Assembly (NCBI GenBank): GCA_051294375.1
Contig: CM119268.1
Span: 11,195,710 to 11,259,709, forward strand
DNA: 64,000 nucleotides
Direction of reading: 5' to 3'
Source of the DNA: Paraspadella gotoi
Taxonomy: Eukaryota; Animalia; Chaetognatha
Positions 1-13,500 of the stretch are shown here, piece by piece. The position numbers and the translations under genes were made by a program. The notes below the pieces were generated by a model. The model ran no database searches, was not told where the DNA came from, and saw nothing but the letters and a program-made list of their open reading frames with translations. The stretch's first letter is position 1; each line of letters starts with the position of its first letter.

Positions 1-319
1 TCACGATCGAAGCCAATCGGACAACGCCCACTTTAACGCCGCCTACGGTTCCACGACGTCGCTCATCGAATCTGGTGACTCTTCGCGAGCGCTTGCTCTT
101 GCCAACTGCGCCCATGACGCCGCCCCGCGACCGAGGAAAGACGCGCGCGCCGTGATCGAGGCGCGACGTCGACCGAGAGACGATGGGCCCGACGTCGTGG
201 AGGAAAGGATTGCGGATTATTCCTTTCCACAAAGAGGTTAGAAAGAAAGAAAGAGAGAGAGATAGAGAGAGCTAGAGAGAGCTAGAGAGAGATAGAGAGA
301 GAAAGAGAGAGAATGAGAA

Positions 320-351
<32 letters not shown>

Positions 352-1254
352 TGTGTGTGTAACTAAGAAACACCAATTTACGTCTCGTTAAAATGTTTCT
401 CATCGAAAAATTGTCGTGTGTTAAAAAAATTCTAAGAGTGCTGCCAATTGCCAAATATTAATTATTATCTCTACTTTTCACAGTCCCACACAGCTGAGTT
501 TTCCGACGAACACCTTTTCTTTTCAAGCTTTTTTTAGTTTCCAAAATTTTTTTAAAAATTATTTACATAGTGGTAGTAACCTTTCTTTTTCGTTGTTATA
601 TGTATTTGGGCAAAATGATTTTTGTTTCACAACGAATTTTATTTTATCATATAAACGTACATGTTTCGGCTTTGGATGCAAGCCTTCGTCAGCGTCAATG
701 ATTTGTTAATTATTAAATTTCCGCAGTTGAAGAAACTCAGCTTATCCGACGGATAGAAGACGCCAACGTGTGCGACACGATCAGACAGGCGTCCTACGTC
801 GTCCAAACCCGTAATAGGGTCAAAGGTCAGTCTCCTCTTTTTTTTTAGTTTTGATCCGGAGCTTTTTTGATCATTGCGCCTCACCCTGCCTTCCCCCCAC
901 CCAAAAAAAAAAAACAACCCCAACCGTTCCAGGCGTGCGACGTCGACGAGGCGAGATTCGAGGGTTACATGCGCAACCGACACTCGAACAGCGCCGACGA
1001 TTTCGACGGCCTGCAAATGCGCACAGGAAAGGATGCCAGGTAGATTCTATGACCCAGCGCCCCGGTTCCCATCCCCTTTACATACTTTCTCAATCCCTCC
1101 ACCCCGCCCCCCCCCCGGCGTTATTCTGACAGATCTGGATCCGGCTCTGGCGGCTTGCGGCTGCTCCGCTGCGCCAGATGTCCGTCCCGCGTTCAGGATG
1201 AAGAAACCCGAACCAGAGTTCGCTGTAGTCCGTCAGCCGGATGCGGAGCGCTAG
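1..1254 (+). CDS. 3' part of an unidentified spliced gene nested antisense in a dynein intron
   Basis: GC-rich blocks bounded by AG/GT: ~1-236 (open frame HDRSQSDNAHF...DYSFPQR), 728-826 (VEETQLIRRIEDANVCDTIRQASYVVQTRNRVK), ~933-1039 and ~1132-1254. The reading frame of the last two blocks is ambiguous; no family recognised. Confidence 0.4.
568..700 (-). mobile_element. Short repeat carrying the hammerhead, probably a Penelope-like pLTR fragment
   Basis: About 100 nt near-identical to 18565-18727; minimal hammerheads are characteristic of Penelope-like elements. Confidence 0.6.
653..697 (-). ncRNA. Minimal type-I hammerhead ribozyme (Penelope-like element type)
   Basis: Minus strand reads gacg-CUGACGA-a-ggctt-gcatcca-aagcc-GAAA-catGUA-cgttt: complete core, 5-bp stem II, palindromic acatgt stem III, GUA cleavage triplet, stem I gacg/cgtt. 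Confidence 0.8.
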
Positions 1255-1510
1255 CGGTTGAGCTTCAGATTCAAACGCTCTCCCTTTCCATGTTTTTGGC
1301 GTTTGTTTTTTTTTTTTTTTTTTTTTTTTTTGTTTAATTTTTTTCATTTAGTTTAGTTATGTTTTGTTTAATATTTTATGGAAACTTTCGCTGTGGGCGC
1401 ATGTGTTGACGACAGTACGGATGGACGTTAACTGGATATACATAGGCATGATTAATGCAAAATTAAAAACCTTTCTCAAGTTGACTGACGAAACTCCGTT
1501 TTTTTCTCAC

Positions 1511-4500
1511 CTTGTCGAGAATGGCGAACTGTTCGTGGAGGGGCGTGAACTTGGCCTCCACTTCCTCCAAGGAGTTGTTCAACTTTTCGTGGAGATCGAT
1601 GCGATCCTGCAGGTCATCCAGAGTTTGAGGCGTCTGGGCCACGCTGGAAAAAAGGCCAAAAAAAGTGAGAAAAACATTTTTAAACCCTCGTTTTATTTCT
1701 GCTAAAATTATATTATATTACTTATACAATATACATAATATCTACTTGAATATCCGAATACTTCGTTACGTAGCTAAAAATTAATTAAAAGAAAATAACA
1801 TGAAATTTGAACCAATAATATGTATTAAATAACAAATATGCAAGCGTTATAAACATTAAGAATAATTATATGTATTTACAACTCAAACTAATAACTGTGA
1901 TCAACATTACACAGAAGAAAAAATATTGACCAAATGACAAAAAAAGAGAAGAATATTATTTAAGAGATTAGTCAACTTCTTCCACCGTCGGTCCATTGAA
2001 GCCGCCTCCGTTCGCTGCCGCATCGCCGGCCGCGTTTCCTGCTCCGCTGTGCGCTCTGCTGTAGATCGGCCTCACCACTTCCTCCACTTCTTTCCTCTTC
2101 TCTTCGAACTCTTCCTTCTCCGCCGAGTGATTCTTGTCGAGCCACTCGACGCAATCCTTGCAGACCCGTTCCACCATCTTCCTCTCTTCCTCGTTGATCT
2201 TGTCCTTGAGTCCCGGTTCGTCGAGGGCGGCCTTGACTCCGAACACGTAGCTCTCGAGGGCGTTCTTGGCGGCGACCCGCTCCCGGATTCTCTCGTCTTC
2301 GGCGGCGTACTTCTCCGCGTCGTTGACCATCCTCTCGATGTCCTCCTTGGAGAGTCGCCCTGTGTCGTTGGCGATGGTGATGTTGTTCTGTTTCCCCGTC
2401 GATNNNNNNNNNNNNNNNNNNNNNNNNNAAAAAAAAAGAGGAGGAGATACTTGCTTTTATGGTCTAACTAATATCGAAACATTTAACAAGTTCTGCACCA
2501 AGATGCTCCTGCTTGATGCAGGGTTCCTCCATCTCCCGAAAATATTCAGTCTCGTCCTCAAGGTTCCAAGTAGAAAGTCTTCCGTCTTGGAAGAGGTGTC
2601 GAACTCCAAACCAACTCGAAGGAAGGATCGCCAGGTGGCCTGAGTGGAAGCCGCCCATCTTTCGCACCGACACTTCCCTGTAAAAATATCAGATAAAACT
2701 AAAACTGAAGTTTGTACTTATAACCATTATAGTGGTGGCGGTATATTCACAATGCCGCCTCACTGTCCATCAATCGTTCAGTCCAAGTCCCATGGTTTCA
2801 CAGGGGGAACGCACCATCCCAGGGCGTTGCGTTCCATCCCAACTACTCTACGTTGGCTAGCGTCCTTGGGGTATCGCGGCCAGCACAGGAGGGTCACTGA
2901 GGCCCGAAAAGCCAACAGTGAGAATGCCCATCCTAATGGGGCAATACAGGCAAACCGACTGTTGTCCATAAATAGGGGATCATTATCAAGAGAAGCATTG
3001 TGCTCTTTTACCTTGGGTTGATAAGGCCTTCTTAGCTGGCTCATTTTTTTCAAGAGCTCAAGGAAGAGAACGTTTCCCAATCGACGGAAGTAGTTCAGAT
3101 GTCATTTTGAACGTCGTTCGGAGCCCATGTTTATTTGAAATTACTTTATAATTTTATATCCTGCGTAACGAATAAATTTTTATCAATGTTACGGTACAGT
3201 TTTATATTTTAAATTGATTTTGTATGAAAAAAAAGGCGAGAATAAGAGGTGAAGGACCTCCGGCCTCATGAATAAAATGTAGTAGAATCCAGTAGCCGCG
3301 AGGTCATTGGGGAAAACCCTCCGTTTAAAATTGAAAAAATTTAAAAATAAAAAGGAAAAAAAATAAAAAAAAAGGAGCCGAAAAGCCGAATGTCAATTTT
3401 TTGACCCGAGAAAACGAAGTTTTTATGGTTCATTTTATTACGAAATCAAAAGTCAGCAACGTTTCCAGGGCCGGGACCGGTTCTACCAGAAAACTCGAAA
3501 AGGTGAATGACCGATACGAAAACTGCGTCGTGGATTTACGGGTATTATTTATTTGATCCAACGCAGGACTTTCGAAACTACGATGCGACGATGCTACGTA
3601 GTATCTGAATTTCCAAAAGTCCGATTTAAAAACAGTTTTCTCTTAGGGTGGTCCTACTATGTCTAAGTCTGTCTCGTCTGACTGACTGACTGACACACCA
3701 GCATCGTACAAATATATGATAAAAAGTTGATATATATTGAATGATAATAGCGATCGTCAGCTCAGATGTTCTAATTTGTTCAACCAATATAAATTAATCA
3801 CTTATTAATAAACAAGCGATTTCAGTGCCAACACGACTGGACAAGTTACTAATTTCAGTAGTGGCGGATCTGACTGTAAGTGCGCCCACGACAGGTGCTT
3901 AGCATTGACAAGCAATGGGGCACGAACCCAAGACCGCTTGGAGGGAAGAGAGCATTCTCCGCTTCTTACGCCATCGGGGGCTTGCGCGGATAAGACCTCA
4001 GGCGGTGGCCGATAGTGAATGCCACACTATCTTGCCAATTACATTTGGACAATAGATAAAGGCTATGGTGGGCCCTCTCGAAAGCCTTTCTCGCAGTCTA
4101 GTTTCAATAACCCCCCGAGTGCTTGGCTTCCCTAACAATGAAGTAGATATAACTAGTAGAGATTTGCACGTCTACGCAAGTTTTGCGCAAAATTTTTTTT
4201 AAAATTACTGTGATCCGGTCAAATTTTTTTAATACAGCGCTTTTTTTCTTTTTTGAATAAAATATTTAGGTTGAGCGGTGAAGATTAATGTGGTTCAGGT
4301 TCGTAGGTTTCCCCTTGAGTAATTCTGCATCGCAATAAAAGAACAACGAGAATCACCAGAGCACTTTTACGGTTTTCACAATTTCACGAAGAAAAAACAC
4401 TAGCATCGTCTCGGAATTCAACCATTTGTGTAGAAAGTTGAACAATATTAATTCCTGTTGAATAATTTTCGTGATTTGGATTTCCGTTCAGGAGCGACTC

Positions 4501-7500
4501 CGTTGCTGGAAATTCCAGCTGATGTGCCGAAGCATGGAACGATCCGCCATGTTGGATATGAACTTCGACCGGTGATTTATTATATTTACTTAGGGCATTT
4601 TTGCTTTTCTCAACAAATTTTTAAATATGATTAAATCTCGATACATATCTATTACACTTTTCACATATCATTTTCCGCTCGCAGCAACCTGCTGGAAACT
4701 GTTTCCAAGAGATTCAATACTGGGAAGGCTTATGTTTCGAAGATCCCCCACTACGGCGCGAAGTTTTAACATCCAAGAAGAGAAGATCTGCGCAATCTGC
4801 GAGAGCATGTATTTGCTTTCGCTGGTGCGAGAGACTAGCAACAGGTCTCTATAGCTTTTTGAAAAAAAATCTTGAGGAAAATTTTGTTTTATAAATGAAT
4901 GGATATAATCATAATCTTTGATCATAACGATGACATAAGCTTTGATCTTCCATTATTACTCCAGCATAGTAATTGGCATTGTGACAAATTTTAGACTTAA
5001 GTTAATCAAAATCTACAGGAAAATGTTCTTTTAAATTAAGTAATTGGTATTTTTAGGACAATTTTTAGAAACAAGTTTTTTGTCCAAATAAATTCATTTC
5101 TCAAACTTGATCTTGTTTCAGAATAATTCGGTGCCCTCTCTCGCAGGAAAGAGGATGTTCAGAAAAAGAATCAGATTCTTGGATAAAAAGATCACGCCGG
5201 TAGGACTCGAATTCACAATCTTTTAAATCTATTAGTAATTTAGAATAGGAAAATAATATTTTTTTTTTATAAATGACGATTTTTTTTTGACATAGTTGTT
5301 ATCAAACATAATTTTTTTTTTTCCACCTCTAATTCAAAAGTAATTTAATTAATAGTAATTGTTAAAAAAAAGTATTTCCGTTTCCAGGCCTGACCAAGCT
5401 AACCTGGGCCCTGCCGGGGGAATCTTCAAGACTACTTTTCATACAGCGAATGTCGACAACAACGGCAGTCTTTCCCAAGGGTAGAAATGCAATTCCTTGA
5501 CGGACTATAATCAATTCCACGCTCTATGGATTGATTTCATAGTTTCGGCTCATTTTTCTTACTTTTTAATTATTATTTTGATATTGATTAAATTGATTGT
5601 TTCGACTCTCTCGTAAATCGAACTATGCTTGATTTTGCAAGGTCCAACTCATCAACGGAATAGTTACAGAGACGGCGAATCAGACGGAGATCGCCAAAGC
5701 ACTGCAAAGAGAATCTCTGAGATTCCTTGGTCAAAATCGATGGGAAGAGGGTTTACGAGACACGGAGTTCGAGGACGATCAAAGTTAAAATCATTTTGAT
5801 TGCTCAATTGATTGATTGATAGATTGAAAAACAGTCGAAAGGAACGATCAAAGTAAATCATTTGATTTGCTCCATTGATTGATTGATATAGATTGAAAAA
5901 AAAGTTTTGTTCATTGATGAATGGTATTATTCGATTGGGAGGAGTGATTGGGATTGTCCTTTTAAAAAGGTCGCAATCGAATCCTCGGATCGCTAAGAAA
6001 AGTCGAAGGCATCCAGCGAGACATCGTCAACACAAATGAACAACATTCGAGGCAAGTAATAATTGGTAAATATTGTATCTTTCCTTCTATTTTGCACATT
6101 ATAATGTAAGGCCCTTCAAATTTGGATACCCTACCTTCAACCTTTTTCGTGCCGATTTTGCAGAACCTTCAAGAACGACCCTTCCGAGGTGCAGGGCCTA
6201 CTGGTACCGGCTACACCAAAAGATGGACCGGATGGTCGAAGAGGCGCTGTGCGCCTGGCAACGTCAAATGGCACTCCAGGAGCTCGCCCAAATGCATCAA
6301 CCGGGGGACGGCAAGTCCGCCACCCAATCCTTTGTTCAATAGTACAAGTCATACTCGAGGACGAAAAGGTTGAGGAAGAGGCGAAGGGGATGGAAGGGGG
6401 GATCGGTGAGGGTGGGTGGGTGAAACTTGAAAGGGCGTGGTGGATTGTTGATAAAAATATCACTGGTTAGATTGTGGGGAAATGGGTAGAGTGAAAGATG
6501 TCAATTTCCTAACAATGAGGAATGGTGTGCCTTTAATTTTGTCATCCGCGTGATGCGTGTTTTGCAAGTAACACTTCCGTTGCCTCGCGGACAAGTTGCA
6601 AAAAAAAAGTCAACTGATATACACTTTTGCCTCCAAACGGATTTCCTCGGTGAGTTGTTCTGAGCAAGGAAAGCTTACAGTTGGGCATGAATTGAAGCAT
6701 GCAATTTCGGTCGAAAACACGTGAATTCGCAGGCTCGCACGCTGTTTTTACTCTCATTTTGCGACAAAAAGTAGATGTTTCTTGGACGCTTGGGTTTGAA
6801 AAATTTTTTTTTAACTTTTTTCCTAGCCGAATCAGCGATAACAGGGGCGCCCAAGACAGAAACGATTGCCAATAGTCAATTTAGTTGATTCGTATAAATT
6901 AGCTTTATTATGTCCTATGTACTATTGTCAAATTACTGTGTGTTATGTTGTTAACAACTCTTACCGTCATAGACGTATGAAAACAGCTTTATAAGAATTG
7001 CAAAAGTAAGAATTTTTTTTATAGTTATATATTGATTGTATTGTCTGCGTAATTTGCGCGAAGTAAATAGCAAGATTACAAAAATACATATTAAATTTAC
7101 CCCGTCCGCAGAGACACTTCATCTGCACCTTTTGTTTGTTGTTTATCGAATAACTAGTAGCTCAACCAAAAGTATAAAGTAAGCGAAAGATTAAAAAAAA
7201 AAATCCGCATCTCACTAAATGTTATATTACTTTTTTAATTAGTAGTTGAATGTGTTATAGTAGTACGTAAAAGAAAGAAAAATGGTTTCGTAAATAATGC
7301 TTAGGTTTTAAAAATATCAAAACGCTCTTTTGTCTCAGGTTGAATTCCGCTCGCCACGCTGAAGAAAATTGGCAGCCATCGTTGCACAACCTGTCATCAG
7401 CTGACTTCGTGCAGTGTCCTTTGTTTCCAGCTTCCCGATCTGCTTACGAGAAGAAAGAGTCAATAAAGAAGTCAGTTTCAGTCCATTTGCTTCCACGACC

Positions 7501-10500
7501 CACAGCCCCCTAACTCAGGCTACCGCAAACCCGGATCAAGGGACCAATGAAAATGAATTGCAATTTGTTTGTTTTTTTTTCGGCAGAGCCCCATCAGCGT
7601 GGTCATGAAAGAGACGAGAAAAGATGAGATCAAAGCGCCATCACGTCGCCATCACGCCACACATATGACGTCGCAGAAAAACGCGTAACACACGAGTCCT
7701 GATAAATTACATACACGGCCTAAGGTCAGCGCTATCTGCTCAATGTGTGAATTTTCTTGTCAGGAGGTCATACGAAGCCCGTCAAGAGTGTGCTCCTGAA
7801 CATAGTAAGAAAAAAAAAAATTTGAAACTTTGTTATATATTTTGAAGGCTCTGAAATGTTTATCGAAATTGTAACTGACCGTGCTTATTACTATACATTG
7901 TGACGTACGTGGCCACTGCAGCATAACACAATAACAAGAAAAAGAGAAGTCTGGTACCTGATAGCGAGAAAAAAAATTTACTTATATTAGGACTAATTAC
8001 GTATAATAAATTTGTCGACCCCACGTCAATGTATTGTAATGTCATATAATATCGCGTCACGTAACGAACGTCCGAGTTCTCACGGAAATTCCCCCTCCCC
8101 CGATCCTCGCGCGCGCGAGTTCTCGAAATACTTGACGACGTGGGACAAGTATCCGCGAAGATTTAGGGAGACAACAAGGATCTCTTCATCAGACGATACG
8201 CGAGGGCATGCAATACCCCCCGTGTCGTCCTTCGACGCAGACACGGCCAGATACTCGGAAGTCCGCCCACAACGTGCAAACGAAGGTTGAAAGCCGATTT
8301 GGGTAATCGATCAGGAAGAGGACAGAATAATTGTGAGTAGTCGACGAGCTTAGACCATTCATGAAATTAGCTTCGGAACGATCGGAGCCTGACTTTAAGT
8401 TTGTCGCAACAATGATAGTCGTCCTACGACATTATGTGAAGAAGTGGTTTAATGGCTTACTATACTTATTTCAAGCCTACGGGCGCCAAATGACCGCGCT
8501 GTTGATAGTAGAAGCGAAATTTAGGGTCACCATTGTAACAAAATTCTGTTTTTTTATTTACGTTGGTTGAGCGGGATCGATGAAAGAAAAACGCGGAGAA
8601 ACGTAAATTCAATAAAGTTAATATTTTCTTCTTTCAACTGACTTTTACATTCTCACTCTTCCGCTATCCAGGAAACGATTCTGGCACATTCAGTTTGTCC
8701 TTCTGGCTGTTGCCCCTCAAGTTCTCCATCTTTGAGTCCACTGTCGCGAGTGCAGACAAAATTCACCATCTCTGCTGCGAGACCTCGCCTCCACAAGCTC
8801 AAACGAACTTCACAAAATACATCCAAACCCAACGCTCACAAGTGGAGACCGTGTCAAGTAGGACGATGGTAAAACTGAACAAAATTAGTTTTTGAGCGGT
8901 TGTATTAGTTGAGGCTTTCTTTTTGTGTTATAACTTTATAAAAGTACATGTACAAAAAAGCAGTCTCGTATGTTAAACAACTCACACATGAATTAATTCT
9001 CGTGATGAGAAAAAGCGAATAAAAGGGAGAAAGATTTTGTCTCCGGGTTGGGATTCATTTTTCCCCCGTCACTAAAATTAAACATTTTTTCATAATAATA
9101 AATGCAATCATTTTAAACCATGTCAAGCTCTATTCTCATCTTTCCTCGTTCGCGAATCCTCGAAAATTAATATTTTGAAGCGCTCTCGAACTTCTCGAAA
9201 CTTCCTAAAATTTTCCTTCCGTTCATTTCTTCGAAAACTTCGAAAGAAGCCAGATCCGAAGAATGGCGATTTTCGCACGTTAGTCCTTCTGTTTCCCGAG
9301 GCTTCGAGATCTTCTCCTATTTCTCGACTCGCCGATAGGGTATAAACTCGCGAATTCGCGACTCTCCACTAAATTTTACCGCAGAAGAAAAATAATCCTA
9401 AATCGACAAAAGAGGCAACGGCTAAAAGCGAACTGAAGCTCTCACCTTCTTGCCCATTAACACATTAAGAAAATTGAATCACCATTTCGAAAAAAAAAAA
9501 CGCGAAAAATTATCGCTAATTTTTCCGACAACTTAAATCAACACCATTGTTAAAATTTTTTAAAAACAGTAACAAAAACGACGACATTAACAACCAACAA
9601 TGAAATCTCCAGCCATCGCATCGACTTGGGGACGACCTACTCCTGCGTGGGCGTCTTCCAACACGGCAAAGTCGAGATCATCGCGAAGATCAAGGGAATC
9701 GGAACGACGCCTTCCTACGTCGCCTTCACGGACTCGGAACGGCTCGTCGGCGACGCTGCCAAAGAACCAGTTCGGCCATGAACCCGACTAACACAGTCCT
9801 TCGACGCCAAGCGACTCATCGGCCGTAAAGTTTGCCGACGACACCGTCCAACGCGACGTCAAACTCTGGCCATTTCAAGTCGTCAACGAAACGGAGGAAA
9901 GCCCCAAATCTCCGTCGAATACAAAGCCGAGCATCGATCCTTTGCTCCTGCAGAGAGATCTCCTCGATGTGTAGACGAAGATGGAAGGGAGACAGCGGGA
10001 GGCCCATACCATCGGACAGCAAGGTTCTCACGGCTGTGGTGACGGTGCCCGCCCCCCTACTTCAACGACTCCGCAGGCGTTTCCAAGCGACGAAAGACGC
10101 CTGGGCGTCATCGCCGGGCCTCAAAGCGTCTCCGCGTGATCAGAACGACCGACGGCGGCGGCGATCGCCTAACGGCACTCGGGACAAGAAAGAGCCCGCC
10201 CGACGATAAGAAACGTCCTCATCTTCATCTCGCCGGCGGAACCTCGACCGTCCTCCGTCCCTCAACCATTGGCAGGGCGGGGTGTTCGGAGGTCAAGGCC
10301 CACCAGCCGGCACACGCATCTCGGCGGCGGAAGACTTCGACGCGCGACTCGTCAAACATCTTCGTCGCCGAAAATTCCAAGCCCGGGAAGAACAAAAAGG
10401 ATCCTGTCGGGCAACAAACGGCCGCGCTAGGCCGGCGCTGAAGGACCCAGCGGCCGAGCGCGCGAAAGCGCACGTCATGTCTTCGTCTGCGCAGGGCGAC

Positions 10501-13500
10501 GGTCCGAGATCGATTCTTTCTTTGAAGGAAGTCGACTTCTATTCCAGCATCCCACTCCGCGCACGGCTTCGAGGAATATGTGCGGCCCCAGGATCTCTTC
10601 CCGCAGCAGCGTTGAGCCGGGTGGAGAAGGGCGCTTCTGTACACCAAGACCTGTCCAAGCGAGACATCCCACGAGTGGTTGTCTCGTCGGCGGCTCCACT
10701 CGGTATCCCCAAGATCCACAAAAATGCTGCAAGAATTTTCAAACGGGAAAGAACTTAACAAATCCATACCAACGACGGGACCAGCGCCGTCGCCTATGGG
10801 GCGCCAGCAGTCAAGCCCGCCATGCTTGACCCCGGCGTCCAAAGACTCCACAGTCCCAAGAGCGTCCTGCTCCTCGACGTGGCGCCGGCTGACGGCTGGG
10901 CATCGAGAACGGCGGGCGGCGTTATGACGCCGCTCATAAAGCGCAACACGACGTGCCGGACCAAACAGACTCAGACCTTCACCACCTACTGCTGACAATC
11001 AACCGCGGCGTCTCCATCCAAGTCTTCCGAAGGAGAATCGCCGCCATGACCAGAGAAACAACCTCCTCGGCAAGGTTCGAACTGAGCGGCGCATCCCTCC
11101 GGCGCCGCGCGGCGTCCCGCAGATCGAAGTCTCCTTCGACGTCGACGCCAACGGAATTCTCAAACGTATCCGGCCAAAGACAAATCGACGTCAACACCAT
11201 CGAGGAGATCTCTTCTGGAGCAAAGGATCGATGCTCGGCTTTGTATTCGACGGAGAGTTTGGGCTTTCCTCCGTCGTTGACGACTTGAAATGGCCAGAGT
11301 TTGACGTCGCGTTGGACGGTGGCGTCGGCAAACTTACGGCCGATGAGTCGCTTGGCGTCGAAGACTGTGTTGGTCGGGTTCATGGCCGACTGGTTCTTGG
11401 CGGCGTCGCCGACGAGCCGTTCCGAGTCCGTGAAGGCGACGTAGGAAGGCGTCGTCCGATTCCCTTGATCGTTGGCGATGATCTCGACTTTGCCGTGTTG
11501 GAAGACGCCCACGCAGGAGTAGGTCGTCCCCAAGTCGATGCCGATGGCTGGAGATTTCATTGTGGTTGTAATGGTCGTCGTTTTTTGTTACTGTTTAAAA
11601 AATTTTAACAATGGTGTGATTTAAGTTGTCGAAAAATTAGGATAATTTTCGCGTTTTTTTTTTTCGGAAAGGGTGAATTCAATTTTCTTAATGCTGTTAA
11701 TGGGCAAGAAGGTGAGAGCTCAGTTCGCTTTTAGCGTTGCTCTTTTGTCGATTTAGATTATTTTTCTTCTCGGTAAAAATTTAAGTGGAGAGTCGCGAAT
11801 TCGCGGAGTTTTTATACCCTATCGGCGAGTCGAGAAATCAGGAGAAGATTCTCGAAGCCTCGGGAAACAGAAAGACTAACGGCGAAAAATCGCCAGTCTT
11901 CGATTGGCTTCTTTCGAAGTTTCGAAGATGAACGAGAAATTTTAAGAAGTTTCGAGAAGTTTCGAGAGCGTTCAAAAATAATTTCGAGGATTCGCGAAAC
12001 GAGAAAGAGAGAATAGGAGTTGACATGGTTTTAAATGATTGCATTATTTATTGTGACAGAGGAAAAAGAATCCCAACCCGAAGACAAAATTCTTCTCGAA
12101 GTTTTATTCGCTTTTTCTCATCACGAGAATTAATTCTGAGTGAGTTGTTCACTATCGACTGCTTTTTTTTTTACATGTACTTTTATAAGTTATAACACAA
12201 AAGAAAGCCTCAACTAATACAACGCTCAAAAACATTTTGTTCAGTTTTACCATCGTCCTACCGACCACGGGTCTCACTGTGAGCGTTGGTTTGGATGTAG
12301 TTGTGAAGTTCGTTGAGCTTGTTGGAGGCGAGTCTCGCAGCAGAGATGTGAATTTGTTCTGCACTCGCGACAGTGGCTCAAGATGGAGAACTTGAGGGGC
12401 GAACAGTCCAGAAGGACAAACTGAATGTGCGAGATCGTTTCCTGGATAGCGGAAGAGTGAGAATGTAAAAGGTCAGTGAAAGAAGAAATCATTACTTTAT
12501 TGAATACGTTTCTCCGGTTTTTCTTCATCGATTCGCTCAACGCACGTAAATAAAAAAACGAATTTTTTCGAATGCCTAAATGTTCGCCTTCTACTATCAA
12601 CAGCGCGGTCATTGGCGCCCGTAGGCTTGAAATAAGTATAGTAAGCATTAAACCACTTCTTCACATATAGTCGTAGGACGACTATCATGTTGCGACAACT
12701 TAAGCTCAGGCTCCGACTCCGAAAGCTAATTCATGAATGGTCTAAGCTCGTCGACTACTCACAATTATTCTGTCTCTTTCCTTGATCGATTACCCAAATC
12801 GGCTTTCAACCTGCGTTTGCACGTTGTTGGCGACTTCCGAGTATCTGGCCGTGTCTGCGTCGAAGGACGACACGGGGGGATTGAGCCTCGCGTATCGTCT
12901 GATGAAGAGATCCTTGTTGATCTCCCAAATCTCGCGATACTTGTCCCACGTCGTCAAGTATTTCTGAGAAATGGGGGAGGATCGGGAGGAGGGGGAATTT
13001 CCGTGAGAACTCGGACGTTCGTTACGTGACGCGATATTATATGACATTACAATACATGACGTGGGGCTCGACAAATTTATGATACGTAATTTTATATTAA
13101 GTAAATTTTTTTTTCTCGCTATCAGTAACATTTTTTTTTTGTCTTTTTTTTTTGGAGAGAACAGTAATAAATGTAATAGTAATAAGGCACGGTCAGTTAC
13201 AATTTTCGATAAACATTTCAGAGCGCTTCAAAATATATAACAAAGTTTTCAAATTTTTTTTTCTTCTATGTTAAAAAACTTTCGTATCACAATGAAAGAA
13301 AATTAAATTGTAAGAACCTTGGCCCTTTTGTTTTTCTCGGCACCTGCAAGTTTTCCGCGTTGTTCTGCATTCCGCCGTTGATGGCGCTTTGGATCTTCAT
13401 CTTTTCGTCGTCTCTTTCGATGACCACGCTGATGGGCTGCGAAAAAAAACAAACAAATTGCAATCATTTTCATTGGTCCCTTGATCCGGGTTGCGAGTTA

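Noticed and set aside
4480-8850. Second (plus-strand) dynein gene or pseudogene
   Set aside because: It is a mirror of 12.2-16.4 kb including introns, with indel-dominated differences typical of uncorrected long reads.
9600-11560. Genuine inverted Hsp70 gene pair as in Drosophila
   Set aside because: The copies are convergent and truncated, the missing 3' end sits across the N gap with an exact overlap, and the flanking dynein exons are also mirrored. An artefact explains this better.
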